Below, one piece after another: positions 1 to 13,700 of a stretch of 64,000 nucleotides of DNA. The stretch spans positions 75,454,001-75,518,000 of the forward strand of contig OZ241826.1 of assembly GCA_965202585.1 (NCBI GenBank). The letters run 5' to 3'. Position 1 is the first letter of the stretch. Each line of letters starts with the position of its first letter. Below the pieces are notes generated by a model. That model saw only the letters and a list, made by a program, of their open reading frames with translations. It did no database searches and was not told where the DNA came from. A program made the translations under genes and the position numbers. This stretch comes from Thalia democratica. Taxonomy: Eukaryota.

Positions 1-498
1 ATTTGAAACAATCAAAGATGGCTGTGAAAAAGCTATGGTAATATTTATACTTAATTATCAGACACCTTTTTGTATATTATAAATGTAGTTTTAAAAGATC
101 GGTATAAAAAGTTACCTTTAAGTTTTAAAATTTTTTTAAGTTTAACTTGGGAGAAAATAACTAAAAAGTACTTATAAGCCTTAAATATTCAAATAATTTT
201 TTTATTATTTCTATAACAATAATAAATTGGTTAGTTTGATATTTTAAATTCTTAAGCATCAATACATGCTTAAAAAATTATTATTCAATGAAACATATTA
301 AGTTTTTTTTGATGAAAAACAAAAAGCGTATAAAATTTAGTAAAATACAAACATTTAAAGGTATTTAAAGGAAACGATGACAAAGTGGAGATAGTTGTGA
401 ACAAATTGCCGCGTCCCATAACTGCAAGGTACTTCAGAATCAACCCAATAGCGTGGAACGGTCATATTACTATGCGATTTGATTTTCTCAACTGTTGA
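1..498 (+). CDS. 3' end of a secreted TSP1 + F5/8 type C (discoidin) domain gene; inverted paralog of 25307-26515 (exons <1-37, 361-498)
   Basis: Reads FETIKDGCEKAM, GT donor at 38, AG acceptor at 359-360, then VFKGNDDKVEIVVNKLPRPITARYFRINPIAWNGHITMRFDFLNC*. This is the C-terminus of an F5/8C domain (ARYFRINP, W..H..MRF motifs) and is nearly identical to the last two exons of the minus-strand copy. Confidence 0.88.
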
Positions 499-1682
499 TA
501 CAGCATTATGTTTAAATTTATTGAAATTAACAATTTTACATTTTTTATCAATTTTGTCTTTTTTATACATTTATGCTTTTATATTCTTAAAGATGTGAAG
601 CATTTGTTTTAAATAATAAACTATTTTGAAGATTTAAAATATTTGTAGTTATAAAAAAAATCAGGTTCAGTATATTAGTGGTAAAATAATACGCATTAAA
701 TTTAAGTATTATTAAAGTAATTAAATTTAAAAAAGCTCAAAAGTTTTCAAATAAAAACTATAAAGAAAACAACGTAAAATTTTAATTAAAACTTTTGAAA
801 AGTTTTACTCTCAAGCAGTTGTTCTGTATTTTTTCATAAGCTTTGCACAATAAATTTTCAAAATAATAAAGCTGTGAAGACTTAACTATTAAGTTAAAAC
901 TCTTCTATATTTTTAATTAAAAAATAAGAAAGTAGAAACTTTGAGAAATACTGCTCTCTAAACTAAGGTAAAAAAAACTACAATGAATTATTGTAAATGT
1001 TTTACCTCTAACAGTATTACTATCTTTAGAAGAATGTCGTTTAAATTCACGAATATACATATAAATAATGAAATCATTTCAAAAGTTAATTGACTTTTTG
1101 ATAATCTATAACAATCTAAATAAACTTATAAAATATAGTTTTAATTTTTTAATAATAAATGATACACGAGTCACTTATAACGTAGTAATTAAAAAAAAAA
1201 TTAATAACACTTCTATTATTGTATTTTTACAGCATTTTTCAGATAATGCTTAAGTCATGCTTTAGTAATAACTTTTGACATTGTTATTGCTGATGACTAA
1301 TTAAAACCGCGGTTCACGTTTACTTGAGTTATAGCGTTTTGAATAAAATATGTTTGAATGCAAAGACTTGAAACACTTTATAGTTTGTTTCAAAAAACTT
1401 TATATAAGCTATTTTTTAAATGCTATAAAATTAAGATATATCAAATAAAACAAGTTTGTTTAAGTTTATATAATTTTTTAAAACAAACAGTAATAAAGGA
1501 TAAAAGGGAAGTTGGTAACGAGTATGAAAGAAAATACAACTAAAACATTATTTAATTTAAAGATTAGTATTAGTTCAATAAGTTTAAAAATAATGTTATA
1601 TGTTTTGGTTTTAAGAAAACAAATTAAGAGAACTCAAGTACTGGAAGAGAAATAATTAACTTGTTTTTTCAAGAATTTGTTT

Positions 1683-1720
1683 TACAAAGTAAGTTTCGGT
1701 CAAAGACCTCGTCAGTGCTT
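1683..1720 (-). ncRNA. Hammerhead-ribozyme-like core (family 1, copy 1)
   Basis: Reverse complement reads CUGACGA-GGUC-UUU-GACC-GAAAC, a canonical core with a 4-bp stem II closed by G-C. Stem I pairing is poor, so it may be inactive. A ~40-nt identical copy lies at 47331-47370. Confidence 0.5.
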
Positions 1721-2646
1721 AAATAAATCTAATAAGATATGTAACAGTCATGGAAAATTCCATTTAATCAATTAAACTAAAATAAAAACAAATTTTTACT
1801 CAAAATTTTCACTTAAAAAACAAAACAAATTAAATTTTTCACAAAGATTGAATTTAAGGTAAAGTTTAAATTTTAGTTAAGTTTTAAAATCAATATAATA
1901 ACAATAATAATAATAAAAGCTGTATGTAGCTTTCTTTTTTCTTCTAGCTAATTTTCAAAGTAAACACTGTTGGGCAAAATGTAATTAATAAAGTGAAATT
2001 AAAGGTAAGATGCATTTTAACGTTGCTTATTTTGATGGTGACGTAAGTATTGGGAATTTAAATGATCTTGTGCTTGTAATAGCTATAAAAATTTTATATC
2101 CTGCCCGAAGGCTTAATATAAAAATAGTTAAAACAAATTTTTACCTAAAAACAAAAACAGTTAAATTTTAAAATTAAGATTGAATTTGTGGTAAAGTTTA
2201 AATTTTAGTTAAGTTTCAAAATCAAAGAACAACACAATTAAGCAATAAATAAGAAAATCTAAACTGGAAAAAAAAAGACAAGTAAACATATATACCTAAT
2301 TTCAGAATAGTTGATTAAAGTGACCCTGGTTCCTCAATCCAGAAAATTATGGTTACAAATCACTAAGGAGTCTATTAAAACAATAAATGTGTTACCAAAC
2401 CTTATCTATTTCTTTACTAGGTCTTAATTTTTAAATATTATACAGTTTTTTAAGTTAACTACATTTTTTAACTGCAAATAACATATTTTAATTAGTTTTT
2501 ACTTAGCTCTACTACAGTGTATTTCCTCTAAAAACTTTCGCTTTGACTTAAACATAATACAGTTTGTTATAGTTGATTATTGAAAAATAAATACATAATA
2601 AGTCTGTAAAAAAAAAAGTGCAAATAAATAGTTTAAATGTTAAGTT

Positions 2647-2760
2647 TAGTGATCTACCGGATCAATTATACGAGTTCAGTCGGATCCTAATTTAAATCTG
2701 GGGATCTGGGTCTGGTACCGGTCGGATCTTAATTTTAAATAATGATCCGGTAAATCGCTA
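2647..2760. mobile_element. Short palindromic MITE-like relic of the TAGTGATCTAC-terminus hAT family
   Basis: Starts tagtgatctaccggatc and ends gatccggtaaatcgcta, with internal ATCCG/GGATC motifs. Same terminus as the hAT element at 55696-59769. No TSD found. Confidence 0.5.
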
Positions 2761-3849
2761 CATTTGGCCTAGTTATCCAAAATTTGATTGAGACCCAAAT
2801 AGTATAACAAACTTTTTTTTTTCTTTTTTGAAATAAAAACCTTTGTATTAAGAAATAGCCATACTACTCTTAAAACAAAAAGTTCTGTAAAAGGACACAG
2901 TTTGTCGAGCTTAAAAAAATCACAGTGTCACTACTTTTGAAAATTGTATTTAACGAATATTTTAGATTTACATTGCTATCAAAAAATAAATGCTTGATGA
3001 AAACAACAAAGGTAATTTTTTTATTGTTATACTAAAGAATAATTATATTAATCAAAACATGTTGATTGGTAACCTTATGATTTTTTTTCCTTACATGAAA
3101 AACCAATACAATTTTATACGTAGTGTTTTAAACCCTTAAAGCTTTTTTTTTATTCTTAAATAAATCAGCTTTAGCACATTTTTTTAATGTTTTATAATAA
3201 GGTAAGACAATTTATATAGTTAACTTACACAGGTCCCGACATGATAGCTTTTTGTACATAACAGGCGAGATTTATTCGAAGTATACTTTTTCGGGAGGCT
3301 TCACTTTATGAATAAGTTATATACAGAGAAAGTTATACTATAAGGATCCAAAAGATAACAAAGTTCTAACTTACACTTAGGATTTATGAGAAAACACACT
3401 GTGTTAAGCATTAGCCATTGTTTAATATAAATACATATAAAAAACACAATAGACAAAACTAATTAACTTATAAGATAACGAATTTAATCAAAAATTTAGT
3501 GATTATACTTTACTTATTTATAACTTAAAGTTTTTTTTTTATTTGTTATTATTAAAGTTATTTTAAGTGGGATCCGGCACTTTTTTAATAATATCCGGAT
3601 CCTAGTTTGAAAAACTAATTAGGAATAATACGAAGATTAAAAAAAGGTCTGAGGAATGTTTTAAGGGAGATTTGAAATTTTACTTTTTATTCTTAAGTTT
3701 GGCTTTCGATCTCTGTGTAGGGGAGCGATTATTTTTCAAGTCTCTGCCAAGGAGCAATTATATAACTGAGTTTGTAAAAAAAATAATATTATGTAATGCA
3801 GATTTTTTTTTATAATATAAGTAAACTAGTAGAAAGTGACTGTTTAGAC

Positions 3850-5753
3850 CAGTGGTCGTCAAGCTGGTTTAAATTTGTGCACCCTAAATTGCAAAATATA
3901 TTTACGGTGTACCCCTAGACTTAAGTAAGTGCGCCAGTAGTGGTTAAAAGTTTGTAATATTTTTAATTGTTTTTATTAGGCCTTAACGAAAATCTCTGTG
4001 CTTTTAATTGTTTAAAACTATTTGATTTTACATGAATATACACTATGAACTAAACTGAAACATATAAACAAACTGAAAAGTTGATCTTATGTCCATTTTA
4101 ATAATTTTTTTGTTTAATTTTGCATATTTTAACATCAGTATTTTACTTTGTCTTAAGTATTTTACTCAGTATTCTTTGTGTCCTATTGATTTGTCAGGCG
4201 CTCAGATCATTTGAAAAACTATCGTGAATTTTTGGAACAGTATTAAAAATTTTCATAAAGTTTCAAAGAGGTCTGTAAAAATGCTTATTTGATAATCTTT
4301 TTTATTTTTGAGTCAGAAAAACTATTTTAAGTGACCTTGATCGACTGTCCTAAGTCATCCTAAGATTTAAAAACATAATAAAAAAAATCTTTAAAAAATT
4401 TAAGGCTGACAAAAGTCTTTGAAAAAATCTTCAAGGTTTTCTGAATTTGTTCCAGGTTTTCAAAAGTACATGTTTTTGGGTCTACTTTTACTATGAAATG
4501 AAGTTTAAGGTAAAAAACCGTCTTCAACAGTATAACAGCTTTGAAAAGATACTGTAAAGTTACTTTAAATGTGTCTTTAATTAAAATAAAATTTAGATAA
4601 CAAAAAATTATATATGTAATAGATTTTTTGTGTAATTTTGGAATTTTGTTACTTTACATGTAAAAACTCTTTGAAATTCCAGGTTTTTTACTGATTTTGT
4701 TCAAAACTTCAGGTTGTTTAAAAAATAATTCAAATTCCAGGTTTTAAGCCTAAACTGTCTAACTTTAGGGTTTCAGGTTTTTGAGAACATCTAAAACTAA
4801 CAAATAAATTTCCTGTAATTTTCAAAATAAAAAATCTGGTTTTTGAAAAACATTTGTTTTATAGTATCATAGTATTAAATTGGAACAATTAAATCTTATA
4901 CATGAATAAGTTATAAAAAAAATGACTGAGAGATTTAGAAAAACATATATCTTTATTTTTTATAGAATAGTAAAATTTGCCTTAGTCATTATGATGTTGT
5001 TAAAAATTCCTGAGCTACTTTGAGTTAGTTGCAACCCTAAAATCTTGTAAAAACGGAGTTATCCTGAGACCTGAGTCCACAAAACCTTGATAGTATTATT
5101 ACCTTTCTAGTTTTAAAGTTATTAGATTATATGTTTCAACTCATTAGATTAAAATAATTTATTACAAAAAAATTGTATTCAATTACTAATTAATAATATT
5201 GTATATTTAATTATGATAGTTTAAAATAATTTTATTTTTAAGAACAAAACTTAAACAAGAAAAATTTATAAATTTTAAATTAAATTGAATACTAACCATA
5301 TGTGAGTCTTTAAGAAAAATGTTTGGAGAGATTAGCTAGGAGAAGACTTTTTACATTATAAATTTTGTTTACATTGAAAGTATAAAGAAGGTACGAAAAC
5401 TGTCATTTTTAACAAAATGATGAAAAACAAAGAGGATTTAAAATAAGTTATCAGGGCTGTAACTAGCTTTACTAATAAACGTTATCGCTTAAAAAGAATA
5501 AACCATACACTTTTTTTGCATGACCTGAAAAATTCGTCCACCCCAAAATAAGCTTCGTGTACACTAGTGCAGTGCTTCTGAAATGGGGTTCCGCGAAGCC
5601 TTTCGAAATATAAAAAAGAACATTTATTTGATTAAACATTTTATGTAAAATTAAAAATAGGGGTTCCGCGGAAAATTTGAACTTTGGAAAAGGGTTCCGC
5701 CACTAGAAAAAGGTTCAGAAACACTAGACTAGTGTACACCTTGACGACCGCTG
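3850..5753. mobile_element. Non-autonomous hAT-type DNA transposon (~1.9 kb)
   Basis: TIRs cagtggtcgtcaag / cttgacgaccgctg, with a perfect 8-bp TSD GTTTAGAC at 3842-3849 and 5754-5761. Confidence 0.85.
5570..5726. mobile_element. hAT-type MITE nested in the 3850-5753 element
   Basis: TIRs cagtgcttctgaa / ttcagaaacacta; internal gggttccgc repeats; 8-bp TSD cactagtg / gactagtg (7 of 8 match). Confidence 0.75.
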
Positions 5754-7773
5754 GTTTAGACAGTAAAATGTAGTATGACTACAGAAAAAAAGTACCTTAA
5801 AGTTGTTAAGAATTTTAAACTTGTTTATTCTTATCTTATCTACAATTTTCGTACACCACGTTCTTTGACACCTTTTTTGAACGCTTTTTTATCGTTCATT
5901 AACCATTATAAATGTCAGCTCACAAGAAAATTCCATTTGTAGAAAATTTTGAATACAATTACTTGATTTGCACAATATGCAGAATAATTGAAACTAAGTA
6001 ATAGTTTTACAAAACACAACCTACCGATTTTAATTTTCAACATAAATGAAAGCCATTTTTTCAATTTACACCTGTAAATACTCTTTTATTATAAACAATA
6101 CAAAAAGTTTACAGTTGTAGCCATAATGCATTATATAATTTACGAAATACTAAAAAAAAAGCTATAAATTGTTGAGAATACAAACAGAACTTTAAGATTC
6201 TTATAAACAAAATATGGAATAAAAATTGCTAGGAGTTAACATTATTGGAATGCGAATATGACAGTGTTTAGATTTTAATTACCTTTAATTTTTAAATGCC
6301 GTTTGCAGTGTTGAAGTTTCCGATATATCTTAACGAAATGTTCTACTCTCAGATTTAAGTTCCAATGGGTCAAGTAAAGTTTATGTTAATATCTATTTGT
6401 ATAGTACTTAGTATAAAATCGTTCAAGTGATCAGTACTCGTTTCAATACTTCATCATTCGAGTTGCCTGTCTGAGAATGCATTCCTTTAGTGAAACAACA
6501 ACCGAGAGCTTCTTCTTTAACAATTAGTTCGCGGAAACTGTTCCTCCTTTCTTTCATCTTTGTTATCATTAACGTGTTTGTGTGGATTTGTTTTTGCAGT
6601 AATTTATAAAAGTTTATTTTCAATTTTTACTTATACAAAACAGTATAGTTTTTGTCAATTGTTACAAGCAATTATCATTTTACTATCATTAAAAGTGTAA
6701 TAATAGCATATTTTTAGTATTGTAAGAAAGGCGCGTATAATATTTAGACAAATAAAATTTACCCTTCTAATCCAACCTGTTGTACTTTGTAAAACAGAAT
6801 AAAAAATTAAATTAAGCAGATTAATTTACATTATAAAGTTTTAAAACAGGCATCTTCCTACTGCAGATACAAAGCTAAAATCTCTGGGCAAATTTTATAA
6901 AACATAACACAGAAAAGGCATGCTTAAACTTATGTACAAAAAAAGTTTATAATTATGTTGTTATCGTTGCTTAAGTTTAAACTATTTATCTAATTACACT
7001 TTCGTTATTTTTTAAACTATATTTAATAGGGGTAAAAAACATTTTTTAAGTCTATTTTCACCAACTGCTGTCTTAAATTTTAGTTCTTGTACACAGAACA
7101 ATTCGGTATTTAGATTGCTTAGGTCCTAACAACTTAATTTCCCTACAAATGTATAACAAATAAAATATTTTCAAAACTATATAAATTTTTGAAAAGAAAG
7201 CAGTGAGCTTTTATTAAGATGTAGTATTATGACGAATTTTTTTTTTAGTTTTATATTAAAAGCTAGCAATTGACATTAACAACTTTGTTTGTTTTTACCG
7301 TTCTTTATTTTCTTTTAAAGGTATTTTTTATATGAAAACTTAAAGTTGTTAAGCAGAATTAATTTTTTACAGTTAAAAAAATAAAATTGAATATTTATCA
7401 GAGTTACAGTTTTAAAATACTTGAATTTTTTTTATGTTGTTAAAGCTATAGTTGAAAGAATAAAGCTTTCTCAAATTTCAAACTCAAGTTTTCAAATATA
7501 AACTTCAAGCACATAATACCAACAAAAATTCAATTTCCTAACAAAAATAGTATTACTGAATAAGAAATAATTTAAACAAAAAATTTCTAACCACAAGGCA
7601 AAAAAAATCAACCAGTGAGAAAACTCAACAAAGTTTAACTTTTTTAAATATATTGCAGTCATTACCATCACAATACGGATTCGCAAAGGGCAAAACCTAA
7701 ACACAAAATGTGCACCTACAAAACTGGCGGTTTGAATTTGAATTGCAAAATAAACATAATTTGAACAAACAAT

Positions 7774-10700
7774 CTAGTCGTCAGTAAGTTGAAGTGTGAA
7801 AAGTATTGCTTTTGGCGATGAAGTGTCGGTGACAGTGAGCACATCTTGGCTCTTCACTTCTAAATCTGGTGCAAATATGCTTCATTAGATTTATTAAATT
7901 TTTTTACAAACGTAGGTGATAAAAACATCAACACAGCTTCACTTTGTGTTAATTAAAATATTTTGACTGAATCACGAGCTGTTGGAAACGCTATAAAATA
8001 TTTACATGCATCAATTAAATAATATCCATGAATTTTAAACGTATACTGCATAAGTAACATATATAACTAGGACGTCCAAAATAGTTAGAGTACAAGTTTA
8101 AAAGCAGAAAATTTTTTTTGTTTCACTTACCCTGTAAGGTTTTAGTTAGATTGGGTCTGGTGTGTTCTTCTAACGGACCTTTTGCCATATACAACGTTTT
8201 TCTTTTACTGCCTTGCGAAATAATCGATGGTGCTTTCAACTGGCTGTTATTTAAAATATTTTTTTTGAATTATGGTATTGATGGTTTAAATTGAACCAAT
8301 AATTTTAACTGAACTAGTTTGTATAAAATATTTTAGTACAAGAATTATAACTTGGTGTTGTATATAATATTATATAAAATATAAACAAATATAGCAAATA
8401 CAACTTTAGTTTGAACTCTTCAAGACAATCTTGGAAAAAAAAATGTAACTCAAATAAACATACATATAAAATAAACAGGTACTCCATGAATCATGGTGAG
8501 ATTTTAATTAAAATCAAACAATTTTACTAAGAAAAAATTATCATCATAACTCATTTTCCAAGTTAAAACAAAATTTAGTATAATAATTTTCAGAACCAAA
8601 ACATTTAATCAATGTTTATCAAATTTTTAAGAACAAAAACAAAGGAGAGGTAACAATTGCAAGGGAACAACAAACTAATAGGTTGTTAAGCTCTTGAGTG
8701 TTGTTAAATTGAATATATATTAGGAAACTAGTACATCAAAGTTCATAGGTTTAAAGATTTTTAGGTCAATGAAGGTGATAATGAATATCCAGGAAAGACA
8801 AATTTTAAGAGCTCTACAAGACATCTGGCGAAAAACATCTGAACGTGACTACTTCCCTACGTGATAAAAAAGAAGCGGCACCCTAGACCTGCTTGAAAAC
8901 ACACTTTGAAGATTAAGGATTCTTTTAGGAGAACTTGAAACTGGCACGGCAGAGAAAGAGATAAAAATTTTTAATGCAAAAATACTCAGTTAAAGCAGCT
9001 GTCAAAAATTATAGTGACATATTGTGCGCAAAATCTTCAGCAGCCATAAACGACACTGTGAGAACAGTCGATAAAAGCAATTTTCTTTCGTGGCTATGAC
9101 CACAGTCTCTAAATATTTGAAAACAATCTGATTCTTATGGAGAAAAGGGTTATAATCAACACATATCTCTACGTTAGAAACGATAGGTTCCAACATTTGA
9201 AGAGATAAAGAAAAATGTCAAAGATCGGCATTTCAAACAAGATAGAGCACCATTCCAAAACTCAATTCAGGTGCACATTTAATTTTTTAATATTATGAAG
9301 CAGGGAGATGTAGCCCATTGGTTTAAATGTGGTATTTCGTTGTCAGCTAAGGTCTGTTTTGTTACTCGTCCAAGTGTTGATTCTTTGAAGAAATCTTTTC
9401 TGAGTGAATGGGCAAAAAATCTATCAGGAAACGCTTTATGTCTTGATAGGTAGTTTGAGACAGAGAAATAATTTCTAATCAGATTGATATTTAAAAACAA
9501 AACTAAAGTTTTTCTTAGTTTCCTCATATTTAACTTTCATTCGTTTAGTTTCTTTTTTTTTTTTGTTTTTTTTATATGGAGGTTTCTAAGTACTTTCAGT
9601 TTATCTTCTAAACTAACTAAAATTATTTTTCGTTTTTAGCTGAATTAACAAACAAAGTTATCTCAACTGTTTCATTAATCAACACAGTAAGTTTTACGGT
9701 TTAAACTGCAAAACAAAGTATAAAAATCACTTCAAACAACTAACAGGTCATCACTATTTTTCAAATATTCAACGACATCTCGCAGTTTTGAGTTTCTGCT
9801 GAACTTCATGACTTTCCTCTCATTACCACAAGCGGCGCAATTTTCCAGTTTTTCGCTTTCAACGGTCATTGTGTAGCACCCGTCCAAGTCGTTGAAGTTC
9901 AAGTAATTGTTCAGCACCGGTGCACGTCTGTTGATTAAGTAAAGAATATCTATTTACATACAACTATTAAACCTAATGAAAAAAAAACTTAATTTATGAA
10001 AACCGCAATTAAATTAACTTAATTATCAAACTCTTTTTGTTCGCACAATGTAGGCTTGTTAAAACTTTTTTTTTCAGGTTTCCAGCGTTTGAAAAAAAGT
10101 TGCCTTAGTGACTAAAAACTAGCCTGAGTTAACCTGAAATTGTTAAGAAACGAAGTATGGAGTATCGAAAAGTGAACAAACACATTGCTTATCAACTTGA
10201 ACACTAAATCTATCATAGTAATAACATAAGGAATTCATGGTAAGAAAAACAACATAACAATTAAAAAAAAAGTTTCAAACTAGTCTGAGTTTTTCTAAAA
10301 TAATAAACTGGTAGGAGTGACATCCTGTATTATACACCTTTATAGAAAATAAGTTAATTTATTTTAGACTTGTCAAATATCCAAGAGTTAACTTTATGCT
10401 TAACATATATTTAAAAAAAAAGCAAACGAACTGAGCGGAGACATATATGTTTGATGATAATTTAAGGTTACAAAAACTTGAATCTTTTATAACTTATCTT
10501 TATAACTCGTAGTAAAAATCATTTTTCCTTGATAACAAATTTTTGATTGAAAACAACGTTAACAAAACTGACTGAGTGGCGACCTTGACGACTTCGGTGA
10601 CGCAGAGGGCGGCGATGCAGGCGTTCGTGGACGCCACCGCGGGTATGATCCGCTTCACCACTCCCTGCGTCAACCTGTAATCGGGAGGGTCAATGCTGAA

Positions 10701-13700
10701 CTCCGCCGCCCTCTCCGCGGACCTCTCCATGATCCACTTGATGTGGTCCGGCGAGTCCCCGTCGATCGGAACGTCTGTTTCGATGTAGGGGATTTTTTTA
10801 GTTGTGTACAATCAAGATGACGTTAAATATTTGTCTTTAAAAATTGCGTAACTGTTATTTTTTTGTTAGCTTTGAGATGTGAATATCGTAAAAATTAAGC
10901 AAATATTTATTCAGGTTTTAATTAAACAACGAAACTTTTCAAGACTACATTTTAAAGTACATAGCCAGCTTTAAAAAATTTCAATAATGCCAGTTTGTAA
11001 CTATATCCTAGCCATGAGTTATAATACAGTATACTTTTTTTTGGTTAAATAAATAGAGCTATTATGCTTAAGCTTAGTAAAAACAAAAGACACTTAAAGT
11101 TTTGTTACAAACGATAGCAGAACTTCAAGTTAAGATTATGCCTAAATGCTATTAAATAGTTAAAGTTAGAACATGTTTATTTAAGAACACATACTTTAGC
11201 CGTGTAAAACTATCTGATAAACATTAACTGCTACGAACCACCAAAGGGTTGTTCTTTGGGCCAGGTGAAAATTTTGACGTACTCAATACAATGTTCCGGC
11301 TGTCTGGGAGTGTGAGCGATTGTGCACATCGGAAAATTAACCTGTAAATAGTATCGAAATAAAATGGTGCTCAGTAAAAATAATGATAAAGTTACACATG
11401 TTCTTGAAAATGTGCACAATTCTACATAGCATAAAGTCTAATATTTTGTTTTAACACAAAAATTTCAGACAAGGACTTCCGAATTCGACCCAATGGTATG
11501 TAAAAATTCTTTAGACTAATTTTTAATTTGACCGGTTACCTTCAATAGTTACTTTTTTAACACCTAACTTGATAAAAGTTTAATTTAATCTTATTTGAAA
11601 TAGTGTACCTTATTTTTTCCCTAGCATTAAGTAATACAATCTATAACAATTAACAACCTTAAGATGATTTAAGTTTTAAATGATAAATATATAACTTTTT
11701 ATGTTCAACAAATACACAACACTATAAATAATTACCAAGTCTATAGGGGGTAAATCACTTTTTTCACAACTTGATCTTATTTTGTTGAGTTTTAACTAAG
11801 CTACAAGTTGCTTCTTACATATTTTTTAAGTTAAAAATAAATTTTGAGACATAGCCAGTCAAAGTCAAAAAGTATAATCAGGGTTCGTGCGCGATTTTTT
11901 TTTCATTTAGCCTGACTGAGACCAATTTAGCCTGACATTTTTTTAAAGTAAGGAAAATCCCCTTTAAAAGTCATTTTAGATATTGGGGGGTTTTAATTAC
12001 TACTATAGTAGTCTCCAACTTCAACTAGCTTTATCTCAAAAATATTTTGAGCTTTAAAAACCTGCAAAAAGCAACTCATAGCTTAGTTACAACTCAATAA
12101 AATAAGACTAAATTGTAAAAAAGGTGATTGAACCCCCCTATGCCCTTAACATAACAAATTCAGTGATAAGTTTTAAAATAAGTTTATATCTAATCTATTA
12201 CTAGTGTAAAAATTTAATATATATTACTAAACACAATTGTTCAATTTAATTAAGCATTAAGTAAAAAAATTATAACCAGAAGATTTATAATAAAACGACG
12301 TGCATTGTCGTGTTTTGTTAAAATTTAAAATGAAACGCTTACACGAGTATTAATTTTCAAACAAACAGCTAAGTTTTTGAACTAAACTGTAATGTTTAAA
12401 CTGTATTTTTTTTATGAATTTTCATAATTATGACATATATAATCTACTCAGAACAAAATAATAAAGATTCTTAAAAAATTTTTAGAGATTCAACAAAAGG
12501 TTTTAAGCATTTATTTTTACAAATACTGACTAATTTTGTCTTGAATAACTAAATCATTATTTAGAAATAAGTTGACATCTCAATTTGATCTTAAAAAGAT
12601 TTCTCAAAATTTTTTTCAAAAATTTTGAAGCATTTGTACTGAGAAAAACTGAGATTCTCAAATTTTCAAATAAAAAAACTGATTTAGCCTGACGTTTTCC
12701 AACTTTTTTCAAAAAACTGATTTAGCCCGACTTAGCCTGACGCGCACGAACCCTGTATAATAGTTTCCTTATGGGAGGTGCAAACTAAAATTGAAAAAAA
12801 AATTATTTCATTAAAAATCTATCTCCTCCTACATTTTTTGATATCACTAACTCAAACCTTTAGGAAATCTTTCTTTTATATTTGAAAATTCTGCCTCAAC
12901 AAAAATTTTTTAAGTTCAAAAATAATAAGTTTTGACAAAAATAAACAAAAAAAAACAGTTTTTAGTAGGAGGAGATAGATTATTTTAAGTTATTCGCAGT
13001 TTTAGTTTTTTTCTCCTATAAGGAATCTATTGTACTCTTTGACTTTGAACGGCCAATTCTAGAATTTTTTTTTTTTTTAATCTATAACAAGTAACTTGTA
13101 ACTTAATTAAAACTCAACAAAGTAAGATCAAATTGTAAAAAAAAGTGATTGTGATAGCATCCCTTATGTCCTTAAAATATAATAAAGAAAAGAACACACA
13201 ACTTAAGTGTTTACAAATATAAGATAAATAATAGTATTTTTCCTTTGATTTTTAATTAAAAACTATATTTATTATAAAAACTAACATCAAGAAAGGTACA
13301 AACTTTTAATAAATTTCCGAATACAATTCTAAAGTAGTTTAAAATACATTTAAAATATTGAAGATGATTTAGTTAAAATTCAAAGGAAAATTACTATTAT
13401 TTATCTAACTGATAGTTGTATACGAAATAAATACCATTACTAACATAATAAACACACTTGAAATATAATTTGAGTCAAGAAAGCTGTATTTTGGAAAAAC
13501 TGTAGTAAAAACTATAAATTAATATATACTTATAATTAAAAACATGATAAAATAAGTTTTCTTATAAAATATTTCTAAAGAAAAATCTGAAATTACCAGC
13601 ACAAAACAAATTATGTTTCAAAATCATTTAGTTTACAAAGTTGGACACAAATTAAAAGAAAGTATTGATTTATTTTAAGTTATATTCTATTCATATTTGC

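Noticed and set aside
6423-6623. 66-aa minus-strand ORF, and a plus-strand reading ending in a hydrophobic tail (..KLFLLSFIFVIINVFVWICFC)
   Set aside because: No recognisable motif, no convincing splice partners, and the plus frame has an internal stop. Cannot be supported as a gene.
9620-9710. Apparent acceptor ttttgcag just after UBA3 exon 9
   Set aside because: All three frames hit stops. The real next exon is 8243-8131, which restores the frame and homology.
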